The position numbers and the translations under genes are program-made. From an uncultured Gemmatimonadales bacterium (GTDB taxonomy: Bacteria; Gemmatimonadota; Gemmatimonadetes; Gemmatimonadales; GWC2-71-9), in assembly GCA_963844035.1 (NCBI GenBank), contig CAWJMT010000004.1, positions 64,001 to 128,000 of the forward strand: 64,000 nucleotides of DNA, in the 5' to 3' direction. Under the pieces are notes generated by a model. It had not been told where the DNA came from. It searched no databases and saw only the letters and a program-made list of their open reading frames with translations. Positions 13,353-25,275 of the stretch are shown here, one piece after another. Numbering within the stretch: position 1 is the stretch's first letter; each line of letters begins with the position of its first letter.

Positions 13353-14103
13353 AGGACCTTCGCTTCCTCTCGCAGCAGACGCACCAGCTCAGGCACCGCT
13401 GCCGCGCCCTCGCCCACGATCCGTCCCGCTTTCCGTTCGGGCGGGAGGGTGAGGGCGAGAACTTCGATGCCGCCCACGGCTAACGCCGTGGGCTTTATCG
13501 TCCAATCGGCTTCTTCTTGGCCGCCATGATTCCCTTGAGCGCGGGATAGCGCGGCTCGTTGAGACCCTTGTCCACCGTGAGCACCGCCGGGAGTGGGAAC
13601 TCGCACACCTCGACGCCGCCTTCAATCTCCCGCTCGGCGACGCCCTTGCCGTCGGCGATCTCGAGGTGCGATACCGCCGTCACGCACGGCAGGCCGAGCA
13701 GCTCGGCCACCATGGGACCGACCTGGTGGTTGTAGTCGTCGATCGCGAGCTTGCCGAACAGGACGAGATCGAACCCGCCGTCCTTGAGCGCCGCCGCCAG
13801 CGCGCGCGCCACCACCAGACCGTCGCCGGGAATCCCGTCGACCTGGAGCAGGACGCCGCGGTCCGCGCCCATGGCGAGCGCCATGCGGATCGTCTCCTGA
13901 GCAGCCGCGGGACCCAGCGAGAAGACGGCAACCTCACCTGCGCCGGCCTGCTCCCGCCGCCGCAGCGCCTCTTCGACGGCAAACTCGTCGTAGGGGTTGA
14001 GGACAAACTTCACCCCCGCTTCGTCGAGGGATTTCCCGTCGGGAGCGATCTTGACCCGGGTTTCGGAGTCGGGGACCCGCTTGATGCAGACAGCGATCTT
14101 CAT
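13349..14103 (-). CDS. etfB: Electron transfer flavoprotein beta subunit, frameshift ~13500
   Basis: MKIAVCIKRVPD, NPYDEFAVEEAL, ALAMGADRG, REIEGG, NEPRYPALKGIMAAKKK. Confidence 0.96.
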
Positions 14104-14108
14104 GACGG

Positions 14109-16209
14109 CTAGAAACCTACACTTACGCTCGCCAGCAGATGCCGCGGTTGGCCCGGGGTGAGAAACCGCTGCACCGGCGATCCAGGCACCGTGGGGTTCT
14201 CGGCAAAGGTGCCGAACGACGTGTACGAGGCGTCCAACAGATTCGAGAGCATCAGGCGCACCTCGAACCGGCCCGGACTCAGTTCGAGGGAGATATCGGC
14301 GACCACGTAGGCGGGGAGCCGTTCCTCGACGTTCTCTTCGTCCCCCCGCAGGAACTGCGGTCCCACGTAGCGTCCGTCGGCACGCACCCGCACCCGGTCT
14401 TTGAGTGCCGAGACCAGGACGCCGCCGTTCACGCGGTGGGTAGGGATCATCGGCATGCGGTCGCCCGGCACCACCGTCTGGTTCCCGGGCTCGCGGCCGG
14501 TGGCGAGCTCGGCGGTCGTCTCGAACGTCGCGCTCGTGTATCCATAGTTCCCGTAGATCCGCACACCTGACGGAGATACCCAGCGGAGCGACGCTTCGAA
14601 CCCCGCGCGGCGCGTCGCGTCGATGTTCTGGAAGTAGCCCGTCGTCGGGTCGGGTGCCACAAAGAAGATGTCGTCGCGGACATCGGTCCAGTACACGTTG
14701 GCACCCGCGGTCCACCCGGCCACCGGCCGGCGCGTATGCCAGCCCAGCTCGTAGGTCGTCGCCACGACGGGGTTGAGCGGCGGGTCCGCGCCCAGCGCGA
14801 ACGGCAGGGGGCACGCAGCGGTAGGATCGCTGCACGCGATCTCGACCAGCGCGGGCGTTCGGAAGCCGCGGCTCACCGAAGCGAAGATCTCGTGCTGCGC
14901 GAGCCCGGTCCACGACAGCCCGATGCGCGGGCTGATGCGGCGGAACGTGTTGACCCCGCTTTGGTCCGGATCGAGCAGGTCCTCGTACGGAAGCCGGATG
15001 TAGTCGTAGCGCGCTACCACGGTGGCCGCGAACGCGGGGGCGACCTCCCAGCTTGCTCCCGCGAATGCTCCCAGATTCGCCTGGTTCGCTCGCACCGAGT
15101 CGGTGAGCGAGTCGACCCCACTCTCCGGCACCGCATACAGGCCCACCACCGTGTGCGAGTAGTCGCCGTCCACACCGGCGAACCACCGCAGTGGGCGGCG
15201 GGCGAGGTGCGCGCTGCCGGTCACCTGCATCGCACCGCCGCCAATTCCTTCATGCGTGCGCTGGCGCGAATCCGGGGGATCGGCATTCCCGTTGAACCCG
15301 TCGGCGACCAGGCTGCGCCCGAAGACATTGAACGCGAGCTGTGCGGAGCCCAGCCTTCCGCTGCGCGTTCAGGGTCACGAGATGGCTCAGCGGCGCAAAG
15401 TAGTCGGCGCTGAAGTTGCTGTCGGGGTGAGTCGCCACGACGTCCTCGGGAAGGCTGCCGGCCTGATGGATGAAGTTGTCCGCCCCGCTGTAGCTGAGCG
15501 TGGCGTCCCAGGTCGCGGTGAGGAGGCCAAGCTTCGCGAATGCGGTCGCGATACGGCTCTCCGTCATTTGCCGCCAGCCGTCCTCGTGCTCGTAGCGCAA
15601 GCCGACGTAGTAGTCCCACATCCCGTGCCGGTCGCCCGTTTGCAGCTTCGCTTCGTAGCGGCCGAAGCTCCCTCCCGAAAGCTCCACCCCGTGCTGTCCC
15701 GGAGCCTCGCCGCGGCGCGTCACGAGATTGACCGCGGCCCCGAGCGAGTTGCGGCCGAACAACACCGAGGGGCCGTACACCACATCCACCCGCTCTACGT
15801 CCTCGAGCGGGAGGATGTCGAAGTTCACCTCGTTGGCGTCCGGCTCATTCACGCGCACGCCGTCCACGTACACCGTGATCCCCTGCGGCAGGCCGACCGT
15901 GGGAGAAACCTGAAAGCCACGCAGGGTCACGTCGAGCTGTGCCGGAGCACCGAGCTCATCGGCGGTCGTGACGCCCGGCAGCTCCTCCAACGCGTCCGCG
16001 AGGGTGCGCACGCCGCGCGAGTCCAGGTCCGTCCCGTCGAGCGTGGCGGTGCGACCCGTGAGTCCGCGGACGACCTCGCTCACCGCGGGCAGCCGCGTGG
16101 CGTTCACGACGACGGGCGTGAGCGTCACGGTGTCTTTGGGGAGCGTGTCGGGTTGCTGGGCAGTGGCGGCGAGAGGGAGGGCGACGAAGAGAATCACAAA
16201 GCGAGGCAC
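14109..16209 (-). CDS. TonB-dependent receptor, frameshifts ~15230-15380
   Basis: TonB box (VVVNAT), plug LEELPGV..LRGF..VYVDGV..VERVDVVYGPSVLFG, C-terminal GQPRHLLASVSVGF. Confidence 0.92.
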
Positions 16210-16285
16210 GACGGAACGACGGCACGTTACCCGAGCAAGGCGGCGGTCTTGCGGGCAACGTGCCGTCCTGCCGTCGTGCGCCGTT

Positions 16286-17473
16286 TCAACTAAAAGCATT
16301 CAACCCAGTAATCTCCTGCCCCAGGATCAGCGTGTGGACGTCGTGCGTGCCCTCGTACGTGTACACCGACTCGAGATTGGCGAGATGCCGCATCGCCTGA
16401 TACTCGGCGAGGATCCCGTTGGCGCCGAGCAGGCGCCGCGCTTCGCGCGCCACGTCGGTCGCCATCGAGACGTTGTTGCGCTTGGCGAGCGAGACCTGTT
16501 GCGGGGTCATCTTGCCCTGATCCTTGAGCCGGCCGAGCTGCAGGCAGAGGAGCTGCCCCTTGGTGATCTCGGTGAGCATCTCGACCAGCCGGGCCTGCTG
16601 TAGCTGAAATCCGCCGATCGCCTTGCCGAACATCACGCGCGCCTGGGCATAGCTCACCGCCTCGGCGTAGCACGCCATCGCGGCTCCGACGGCGCCCCAG
16701 GCGATGCCGTAGCGCGCCGCGGTCAGACACGACAGTGGGGCTTTGAGACCGGCGGACTTGGGGAGCAGCGCGTCGCGGGGGACGCGGACGTCCTGCAGCA
16801 CGATCTCGCTCGTGTCGCTCGCGCGCAGACTCAGCTTCCCGGTCTGGTCTTTGGCGGAGAAGCCCGGGGTGTCGGTCGGCACGAGGAACCCGCGGATCGA
16901 TCCCGGATCGTCGAGCGCCCCGGTCTTGGCCCACACAACGGCCACGTGCGCGGTGGATCCATTCGTGATCCACATTTTCGCGCCGTTCAACACCCAGCCG
17001 TCCTTGGTTTCCTTCGCCACGGTAATCAGGCCGGCGGGGTTGGACCCGTAGTCAGGCTCCGTCAGGGCAAAGCAGCCTATCACGCTGGCCTTAGCCATCT
17101 GCGGCAGCCAGTGCCGCTTCTGTTCTTCCGACCCGAACTCGTAGATCGGATACATCACTAGCGCGCCCTGCACCGAGGCGAACGAACGAACTCCGGAATC
17201 GCCGCGCTCGAGCTCCTGCATGATCAGGCCGTAGGCCACGTTGTTCAGCCCGGCGCATCCGTACTCTTCGGGCAGATTGGCGCCGAACAGCCCCAGCTCG
17301 GCCATGGCGGGAACGAGCTGCTTGGGAAACGTGCCCTTGATGTAGTGCTCACCGATGATCGGCAGGACCTGGCTGTCTACCCAGGCGCGCACCGTGTCGC
17401 GCACGGCGCGCTCTTCCTCGGACAGAAGACCGTCGGTGTCGTAGAAATCCACGCCATGAAACGTGGGAGCCAT
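16286..17473 (-). CDS. Acyl-CoA dehydrogenase (glutaryl-CoA dehydrogenase-like)
   Basis: ELERGDSGVRSFASVQGAL, GCFALTEPDYGSNP, NGAKMWITNG, NLESVYTYEGTHDVH. Confidence 0.93.
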   Translation of the reverse strand: MAPTFHGVDFYDTDGLLSEEERAVRDTVRAWVDSQVLPIIGEHYIKGTFPKQLVPAMAELGLFGANLPEEYGCAGLNNVAYGLIMQELERGDSGVRSFASVQGALVMYPIYEFGSEEQKRHWLPQMAKASVIGCFALTEPDYGSNPAGLITVAKETKDGWVLNGAKMWITNGSTAHVAVVWAKTGALDDPGSIRGFLVPTDTPGFSAKDQTGKLSLRASDTSEIVLQDVRVPRDALLPKSAGLKAPLSCLTAARYGIAWGAVGAAMACYAEAVSYAQARVMFGKAIGGFQLQQARLVEMLTEITKGQLLCLQLGRLKDQGKMTPQQVSLAKRNNVSMATDVAREARRLLGANGILAEYQAMRHLANLESVYTYEGTHDVHTLILGQEITGLNAFS

Positions 17474-17483
17474 GGGCCCTCGG

Positions 17484-18352
17484 TTACCCCTGGGCGACGG
17501 CCTTTTCGAGCGGCGCCGCCTTGGCCGCACTGCCGCGCGCGAAGGCGAACGTATCCGATGCCTGGAATCGTTTGCGCTGGCCGTCCCAGCGGAAAAAGGT
17601 GACGTGGACGGCGGTCGACTCGATCGTCACAAAGTTGAAGCTCGACGGCCGCCCGCCCCGCGCCGGCGTGCAGAGGGTCCCGGCCGTCGAGACGACGACC
17701 CGATCTCCCAGCATGTCGGCTGCCTCCTGATGATCGTGCCCGCACAGCACGACCTCGGCCCCCGATGCCAGGATGTGACGGTGCGCCCGCTGCCAGAGCG
17801 GCGAGACCCATGCGGCGCGAGATGTCGCCCCGCAGCACGTTGTGGTGCAGGACGAGCACGCGCGCCAGCCCGGGCGCCGCCTCGCTGAACACCTCGCGGA
17901 CGCGCAGCGCTTCGCGCTTCGGGAAGATTCCCCATCACCGCCAGGTCCCGCATCGCGCCCCGTCAGCGACGACCAGCCCGATGCCGTTGGCCGTCAGCGC
18001 GCCCGCGATCACCGCGCCCGGGACGGTGAGCGTCGGCGTGAGGTCCTCCCCGAAATACTGGCGGTACTTGCGGTACAGCATCTCGCGCCCGAACGGCAGG
18101 AATGGACGCCACCACCACGCCACGTCGTGGTTGCCGGGCAGCGACGTACACGGGAGCGGTCTTGGCGGCCAGATTCACGAACGCGCGCGCGCGCTGAAAC
18201 TCCCCGTGGCGCGCACGCTGCGCGAGGTCGCCCGACAACACCACGACGTCGGGATGCAGGTCCGGGATCATGCCCTCGAGCGCTTCGACCTGTCGCACGT
18301 CGGCGTGGCCGCCGAAGTGCAGATCGGAGACGTGGAGCAGCTGCACCGTCAC
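17484..18352 (-). CDS. Metallophosphoesterase (calcineurin-like), multiple frameshifts
   Basis: LLHVSDLHFG, SGDLAQR, GNHD, VLHHN, CGHDH distributed across frames. Confidence 0.85.
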
Positions 18353-19743
18353 GAGTCCACCTGCACGGTGTACGTGAGCATCGCTTCGCCCTTGGCCGGC
18401 ACGCGCGACACGGAAGCGGACTTCCGCGGCGGACAGCTTCTCAGCGGGGAGGCTGCTCGCGGTCACGACCCACTGCCCGGAGCGCGTCTCGCGCACGTCC
18501 ACCGTCACGGGAACAGCCTTCGCATTCCGCAGGGTGACGCGATAGGCGGCGGTGAAGCGCTGGCGCACCGGAAGACCGCGTCTGACTCGGCGCGATCTGC
18601 TCCTGGCCGATAGTCGGTCTGGACCCGCTCCGCGGTCACGTCGAACGCATCACCCGACTGGACGCGGAGGTCGCGACCCGGCGCCGTGTGGTCGGTCGCC
18701 GCCTCCCCAATGAGCTGCAGGCGGCCCGCCGAGTCGGCCTGGTAGAGCTGCATCGTGCCGCCCGGCAGCGGCCGCTCGCCGAACGCGCTGCCACGCGGAC
18801 GCGCCAGCGTGTACCACACCTGCACCGGCACCCGGTCCGGCTCCGCGGGATTCGGCCTGCAGGTAGCCCAGGAACGGCAGCGCGCCGGGCACGATCAGCT
18901 CCTGCGTGACGGCCGCGACCGCCCGCGGGAACAGGGCGGTCGTCACCGGCACGCCCGGCTCCAGGTTGATGCGCGCGGGCAACGTGTACACGTGCGTCTC
19001 CCCCACTGCCTCCTCACCCGCCGACTCCTGTTCCCGGACGAGCATGGCCGGTCTGGCGCGAATACCCGACATCTTCGGGGCAGGGGCAGGCGCGCACGGC
19101 CGATCGTGCCGGCCACGAGCTGTACCGACGCGCTCTCGGCGCGGATGCGCTGTGACGTGACCGTCGCAGCCCCGGAGACCGACGCGCGTCCCGCCCCGAG
19201 CACCGCCTGATACACGGCGAACCAGCGGGCGCCTTCCGTGACGTACGCCAGCTCGGTGCTGGGGCGCGCCCGCGCTGCCTCGAGGACGAGCGATGCCTGC
19301 GGCGTCGTGCGCACCAGCTCCGGCGGAAAGAGCGGCTCGCCGGGTTCGACCAGCAGGAGCCGTCCGTCCGGCGAGGCGGTACTGCGGCGGAGTCGCTCGC
19401 ACCACCGTGGCACGCACCGTGTCGCCCTTCCCTCGAACGAACGCCAGCGTTTGGCCCAACGGCGAGCTCCAGCGCCGCACTCCGCTCGGTGGCGGGCCGC
19501 AGCACCGCCGACACGACCGTCACGGACGTGTCCGGGGAAAACAGCGTCGCGAGGTCGGTCTCATCGAGCGCCAGCGTCAGCGCATTTCTCCCCTTCTCGA
19601 GCGGCCTGGGGGAGCGAGCGTCGCACCACCACGCGACCGTCGCTATAGATGGAGAGCGACGTCTGACCTGCGAGCGGTCCCACGAGCAGGAACAGCAGCA
19701 CTGAAAGCTGACGGCTGATCGCTGAGAGCTTCATCTCTGCCAT
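18349..19743 (-). CDS. DUF4139/DUF4140-like secreted protein, multiple frameshifts
   Basis: Signal peptide, SLSIYSDGRVVVR, ELAYVTEGARWFAVY, GETHVYTLP, GDAFDVTAER, VTLRNAK. Confidence 0.75.
19701..19728 (+). repeat. 4x CTGAnnG heptamer repeat within a signal-peptide coding region
   Basis: CTGAAAG CTGACGG CTGATCG CTGAGAG (minus-strand LSAISRQLS). Confidence 0.75.
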
Positions 19744-19944
19744 TCGAGTGCGACCTTCTTCACGATTCGATAGGTGAGATAGTACCAGATGAGCGATGGT
19801 CAGGGCAGCGACGATGCGGCCGGTCGCCCGCCACGCAGGTGCCAGCGGTCGCATCATCACGACCAGGTACACGCCGACCAGCAGCGTGCTGCCGATCGCC
19901 CACCAGCGCGCCACGCGCGAGGCCCGGCGCTCCGCCGGTGTCAC
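19744..19944 (-). CDS. Small 2-TM hypothetical protein
   Basis: VTPAERR..WWAIGSTLLVGVYLVVMM..IVAALTIAHLVL; reads in-frame into the next gene, so the stop is probably lost to an indel. Confidence 0.4.
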
Positions 19945-20600
19945 GGCAGCCCTGGCGTGAGTTTCTTCACCGCGCGGGTCAGGGCCGTCCATGGATCGTC
20001 GCCCTCCCCCGTCGCCAGCGTGCGCCACTGGATGGCCCCGGTGCGGATGTCGGCCAGGACCAGCGAAAGCTCGGCCATGCCCGTGTGCACTCCCGCAGGG
20101 CGTGGCACCCCCGGGGCGGCGGGCGGGAGCCGGAAAATGAGCGCCGCGGGAACGAACACGTAGCGGCCACCACCGCCACCCGAGAGCGCCGCGAGCGTGC
20201 GCACCTGGCCGCGTAGCGGATCGGGGATGCTCGTCAGGTTCTCCACCCGGAGCACCGCGGTCCCAAGCTGATCGGGGTCAGGCGCGATCCCGGGCGCCCG
20301 ACGCGCCGCCCGGCGCACGTCGCGCGGCCCGCACCCACGCGACCTCGGGCGCGCGGGCCGTCAGCAACTCTCCGATTACGCTGTCGGCGCGCATCAGGGT
20401 GACGTGCCGGTCCGGCAACGTCCAGTGCAAGGAATCGTCGATGGCGACGAGCGTGAGCGGGAGCATCACCACCGACTGACCGGAGAGGCCGGTCGTCGGC
20501 AGGGGCGCCGTCGGCGGGATGGGTGGCACTCGGTCTCCGCCGCGGGCTTGTGACCGCACCCCGCCGTGATGCACGCGGAGATCCACGCCAGGCGTACTAA
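19941..20600 (-). CDS. Hypothetical lipoprotein, frameshifted
   Basis: Lipobox-like TAGC; pieces 20278..20586 and 19941..20318 are continuous in style; start uncertain. Confidence 0.5.
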
Positions 20601-20659
20601 GTGTTTGTTGCGCAATGGATTAGTCTCTTGGAGGAATATCGTGCCCGGCCGCGGCTTTT

Positions 20660-21455
20660 TCAAGCGAGGGTGAGCCCACCGTCCACCACGATCACCTGAC
20701 CGGTGATGTGCCGCGCCGCGTCGCTGCAGAGGAACGTGATCACCCGCGCGACATCTTCCGGTTCCGCCACGCGTCCCAGCACCGACTCGTGCTCCGCCCG
20801 CTCCAGGATCTCGCGGGGCAGCTTGGCGAGCGAGCTCGGTCTTCACGAATCCGGGCGCCACCGCGTTCACGTTGATATTGGACGAACCGAGGTCGACCGC
20901 GGCCGACTTGGTGAGACCGATGAGCGCCGCCTTGCTCGCGGCGTAGTTTGAAACGCCAAAGCCCGGCTGGAAGGCCTGGTGACTCGCCACATTGACGATC
21001 TTGCCGTAGCGCTGAGCGCGCATGTGCTGGGCGACCACCTGAATGCAATTGAACGACCCGGTGACGTTGGTGTCGATCACGTCCTTCCAGGCTTCCACCG
21101 ACAGCCGCCATAGCGCGCCGTCGTGGGTGACGCCGGCGTTGTTGACCAGGCAGTGCACTCCGCCCAGGCGCTTGCGCGCCTCGGCGACGAACTGCTCCAC
21201 CTCGTCGTGGTTTCTGACGTCGCACCGCGCACAATACACCGGCACGCCGTGCGCGCGGATGGCGGTCTCGGTGAGAAGCGCCTGGGCAGCGACGTCCCGG
21301 TCGGGGAGATCGAGATAGTTGAAGGCGACGGCCGTGCCCTGCTGGGCGAATTCGAGGCACGTAGCGCGGCCCAGGCCGGTGGCGCCGCCGGTGACAATCG
21401 CGACGCGGCCCTGAACCGTTTCAGCGAGCCTTTGGGCGCGGGGCTGCTCCTGCAC
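20660..21455 (-). CDS. SDR family oxidoreductase (FabG-like), frameshift ~20825
   Basis: [38 protein letters not shown]. Confidence 0.93.
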
Positions 21456-21572
21456 GGATGCCCCGCCCGGCGCGGTCTCGCGCGCGGCCAACGTCCAGGC
21501 AATCGGTTGCAAGTGTTTCGAACCTATGCCCGAATTTGAACATCGGCAAGGCGCGCCGTAGGTTACGACCTC

Positions 21573-23615
21573 ATGAAACGATTGGCCTCCGCGCTGGTCT
21601 GGGGTGCGATCGCCGTGCTCGGCGCGGCCGCGTTCGGCGTGCTCGCCCTCTCCCGCGGCGAGTCCATCAACGCCGCGTGGCTCCTGATCGCCGCCCTGTG
21701 CAGCTACAGCATCGGCTACCGGTTCTACTCGAAGTTCCTCGCCACCCGGGTCTTCGGCCTCGACGACCGCCGCGCGACGCCGGCCGAGCGGCTCAACAAC
21801 GGGCGGGACTTCGTCCCCACCAACCGCTGGGTGCTGTACGGCCACCACTTCGCCGCCATCGCGGGCGCCGGACCGCTCGTCGGTCCGGTGCTGGCCGCGC
21901 AGTTCGGCTTCCTGCCGGGCACGCTGTGGCTGGTGATCGGGGTCGTGTTTGCCGGGGCGGTGCAGGACTTCACGATTCTGTTCTGCTCGCTGCGGCGCGA
22001 CGGCAAGTCGCTCGGTCACATGGCGAAGGACGAGATCAACGCGCTGACCGGGATGGCCGGCATGGTCGCCGTGCTGCTGATCATGATCATCCTGCTCGCC
22101 GTGCTGGCGCTGATCGTGGTGAACGCGCTCAAGGCGTCGCCGTGGGGGCTGTTCACCATCGCCTGCACTATTCCCATTGCCCTGTTGATGGGCTGGTGGA
22201 TGAAGCAATGGCGCCCCGGAAGGGTGGGCGAAGCGTCGATCGCAGGCGCCCTGCTGCTCCTGGCCGCCCTGGTGGGTGGCGGGTACGTGGGCCACCATCC
22301 GATCCTTGGCCCCCTGTTCACGCACTCCGGCACGTCGCTCGTCTGGATGATGCTGGCCTACGGCTTCGTGGCATCGGTGTTGCCGGTGTGGATGCTGCTC
22401 GCGCCGCGCGACTACCTGTCCACCTTCTTGAAGATCACGACGATCTTTGTGCTGGCCCTCGCCTTGTTCATCCTGCTGCCCCAGCTCAAGATGCCGGCGC
22501 TGACGCCGTTCGCCCTGCTCGGCGAAGGACCGGTGTTCGCCGGCAAGGTGTTTCCGTTCGCCTTTATCACGATCGCGTGCGGGGCCATTTCGGGGTTTCA
22601 CGCCCTGATAGCGTCGGGCACGACGCCCAAGATGATCTCGCGCGAAAGCGACGCCCGGTTCATCGGCTACGGCGGCATGCTGATGGAATCGTTCGTGGGG
22701 GTCATGGCGATGATCGCGGCATGCATCCTCGATCCGGGCGTCTACTTCGCGATGAACACCACCCCTGCCGCGCTGGCTCAGGCGTCGCAGGTGTTGCAGC
22801 AGGCCGGATTCGTCGTGACTCCGGAGACGATGCAGCAGCTCGCCGCCCGCATGGGTGAGCTGACGCTGGTCGCGCGCACGGGTGGCGCCCCCACGCTCGC
22901 CGTCGGCATGGCGCAAATCTTCTCGAGCGTGACGCAGGTGTTCGGCGGGCGGGCGCTCGAGGCGCTGTGGTATCACTTCGCCATCATGTTCGAGGCGCTG
23001 TTCATTCTGACCACGATCGACGCCGGCACGCGCGTGGGCCGGTTCATGCTGCAGGAGATCCTGGGCCACGTGTGGCCCAGGTTCGGCCAGACGTCGTGGT
23101 ATCCGAGCGTGCTGCTCGCGAGCGCCGTGGTGGTCGCGGGGTGGGGCTACTTCCTGTATCAGGGCGTTGTCGACCCGCTCGGCGGCATCAATTCGCTCTG
23201 GCCCCTGTTCGGCATCTCGAATCAGCTGCTCGCGGCGGTCGCGCTGTGTGTGGGCACGACCGTGATCATCAAGATGGGCCGGGCCCGCTACGCTTGGGTG
23301 ACGCTCGTGCCGCTCGCCTGGCTCGTGACGATTACGATGACGGCGGGGTGGCAGAAGGTGTTCGCAGCGGACCCCAAGCTGGGGTTCCTCGCGCACGCCG
23401 CGTCGCTCGCGGGTTCGGCGCAGCCCAATGTGGGGCGGATGGTCTTCAATGACGCTGACCGTCTGGATGCCGGCGTGGCGCTGCTGTTCATGTCCATCGT
23501 GTCCCTGCTCGTGCTGTCGTCGGTGCGGGAATGGTGGCTCATTCTGTCCAAGCGGAAGACGCCGGTATTACACGAGGCGGCCTATGTGGAGAGTGCGTAT
23601 GCGGCGGGAGACTGA
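21573..23615 (+). CDS. cstA: Carbon starvation protein A (peptide/pyruvate transporter family)
   Basis: GHHFAAIAGAGPLVGPVLAAQFG, LLAPRDYLSTF, CGAISGFH, ARTGGAPTLAVGMA, LWPLFGISNQLL. Confidence 0.97.
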   Translation: MKRLASALVWGAIAVLGAAAFGVLALSRGESINAAWLLIAALCSYSIGYRFYSKFLATRVFGLDDRRATPAERLNNGRDFVPTNRWVLYGHHFAAIAGAGPLVGPVLAAQFGFLPGTLWLVIGVVFAGAVQDFTILFCSLRRDGKSLGHMAKDEINALTGMAGMVAVLLIMIILLAVLALIVVNALKASPWGLFTIACTIPIALLMGWWMKQWRPGRVGEASIAGALLLLAALVGGGYVGHHPILGPLFTHSGTSLVWMMLAYGFVASVLPVWMLLAPRDYLSTFLKITTIFVLALALFILLPQLKMPALTPFALLGEGPVFAGKVFPFAFITIACGAISGFHALIASGTTPKMISRESDARFIGYGGMLMESFVGVMAMIAACILDPGVYFAMNTTPAALAQASQVLQQAGFVVTPETMQQLAARMGELTLVARTGGAPTLAVGMAQIFSSVTQVFGGRALEALWYHFAIMFEALFILTTIDAGTRVGRFMLQEILGHVWPRFGQTSWYPSVLLASAVVVAGWGYFLYQGVVDPLGGINSLWPLFGISNQLLAAVALCVGTTVIIKMGRARYAWVTLVPLAWLVTITMTAGWQKVFAADPKLGFLAHAASLAGSAQPNVGRMVFNDADRLDAGVALLFMSIVSLLVLSSVREWWLILSKRKTPVLHEAAYVESAYAAGD

Positions 23616-23651
23616 GGGCGGGCCGGCGGGCAGGCGGGCTGGCGGGCGGTT

Positions 23652-23811
23652 GTGCGGATCGCCTCGGTGCTCCGGCGCATCGTCGGGGCCCCCGACTACG
23701 CGGCCTATCTCGAGCATTGTCGCAGCGCCGGCCATCCCGCACTGCTCAGCGAGCGGGAATACGTGAGCGGAGTTCTTCGAGCGAAAGGGCCGCTCGGTCC
23801 GCTGCTGCTAG
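23652..23811 (+). CDS. YbdD/YjiX family small protein, frameshift ~23770
   Basis: GAPDYAAYLEH..LSEREY then EFFERKGRSVRCC*; directly downstream of cstA, as is typical. Confidence 0.8.
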
Positions 23812-23866
23812 GGTTACCCAGGCGTGACTCGCGAGATGCGATCTCGAGGATGTCGCACGCGGGAAT

Positions 23867-23896
23867 TTGCTTTTCCTCGGCGGCCGAGCGTATGCT
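23867..23896 (+). promoter_or_regulatory. Putative sigma70-type promoter of DUF1640-like copy 1
   Basis: TTGCTT-18 bp-TATGCT; shares GCCGAGCGTA and register with 32707-32736. Confidence 0.55.
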
Positions 23897-23926
23897 ACTT
23901 TGTGTCACCGGTAACCCCTGGGAGTC

Positions 23927-24324
23927 ATGATGCCGGTGACCGCAAAACTGTCCCGCAAGTTCTACGAGCGGCTCGGCGACGATGTCGCGAACGAGCTGGT
24001 GGAGTGGTTCAACCAGGTGGATGCAACGTATCGCGGCGAGCTGCGCGAGCTGAATGAGCTGAATTTCACCCGGTTCGACGCCAAACTCGAGCAGCGCACT
24101 GCCGCTCGACGCCAAGCGGATGCGGCGGATCGGCGAGGTCCGAAGCGAAATCGCGGAGACCTCGCGGAGTCGAGGGGCGGTTGCTCGGCCGCATCGGTGT
24201 GGTGGAGGGCCGGTTCGGCACGCTAGAAGGCCGGATGGTACGCTGGATGTTCCTGTTCTGGGTGGGTCAGGCCGCCACCACGGTAGGGTTGGTCTTCGGC
24301 GTGGTGCGGCTGATCGGTCGCTAA
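23927..24324 (+). CDS. DUF1640/CCDC90-like coiled-coil protein with C-terminal TM, copy 1 (frameshifted)
   Basis: MPVTAKLSRKFYERLGDDVANELVEWFNQVD..; C-terminal RWMFLFWVGQAATTVGLVFGVVRLIGR. Confidence 0.75.
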
Positions 24325-25163
24325 CTACTCCCCACCGACTCCCTGCCTGTCACGGCGAAGCTGTCCGTTTGGGTCGACGACTCTTGGCCACTGAGTCACA
24401 ATTCGAGCGAGCTCCCGCGCGCGGCGCAGCACCTCGCGCGTCGCGGGGTCAGGCTCGCGGCCGCTCAGCGCCAGGTACCGTTCCAGCACGTCCGCCTCGC
24501 TCGCAGCGAGGTGCCATTCGCCGGCCGTGAGCAGCGCCTCGAGGTATAACCGACAGGACGCTTCATCGTCCTTGTAGACGTCGCGCACCCGTTTGGCGAC
24601 CTCGAGCGCTCTCGCAATCTGTCCAGTGCCGAGCGATCGCCGCACCAGCGCCTCGGCCGTCCGGCAGAACATCCGCCGTAGCCGGTAGCGCTCCAGCTCG
24701 GCCCACTCCTCGAATCCGTGTACCCCAGGCCCCAGCACCCCCGGCAGGAACTCCCCGCCGTACACATCCACTGCCCGCTCGAGGGCGCTCTGCTCCACGG
24801 CGGCGATGAACTCGTCCCGATCCACGTTCACTGCTGCGGACAGCACGACGTCGCCATGCGAGCACTCGATTGCGCCCCGACCGATGCGCCGCCGCAGCTG
24901 CAGACCGCCTGGCGGAGGTCAGGGTGGCCTCGTCGCCGAGTCCCGTCCGACCAGAGCAGCTCCACCAGCTCGTCGCTCCTCGCCCGGCGAGCCGGCCGGC
25001 AGGTGAGATGGGCAACGAGGGAGCCGAGCTTTCCGGGGCCGAGGACGCGAACGGGGGGACCCCCTGCCACGATGCGGGACAGGGAGACGGCGCCGAGCGT
25101 GACGAGCAGATAGGCAGCACGTCGGCTGCGCGAGTGACGCTGAAGTGACTTTCCTGCGGCCAT
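24325..25163 (-). CDS. Short SARP-family activator (wHTH + BTAD), frameshifted
   Basis: LVTLGAVSL, RSDELVELLWSD, VDRDEF, AVDVYGGEFLPG..FEEWAELER, DEASCRLYLEAL, EPDPAT. Confidence 0.8.
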
Positions 25164-25275
25164 GTTCTCTGCCTCGCGTGGGCAGGCTGACCTTGACTCG
25201 CGATCAAACGTACCGGCCGTGACGACGTCCACAAGGATGGGGCAACCATTTGCCCCTCATATGAGGAGTCCAGCA

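Noticed and set aside
20466..23396. 976-aa minus-strand ORF
   Set aside because: Antisense shadow of cstA joined to the SDR gene; typical of high-GC DNA.
23652..23811. Selenoprotein call for the YbdD/YjiX-like gene
   Set aside because: Ends RCC-TAG with Cys codons; no in-frame TGA or SECIS seen.
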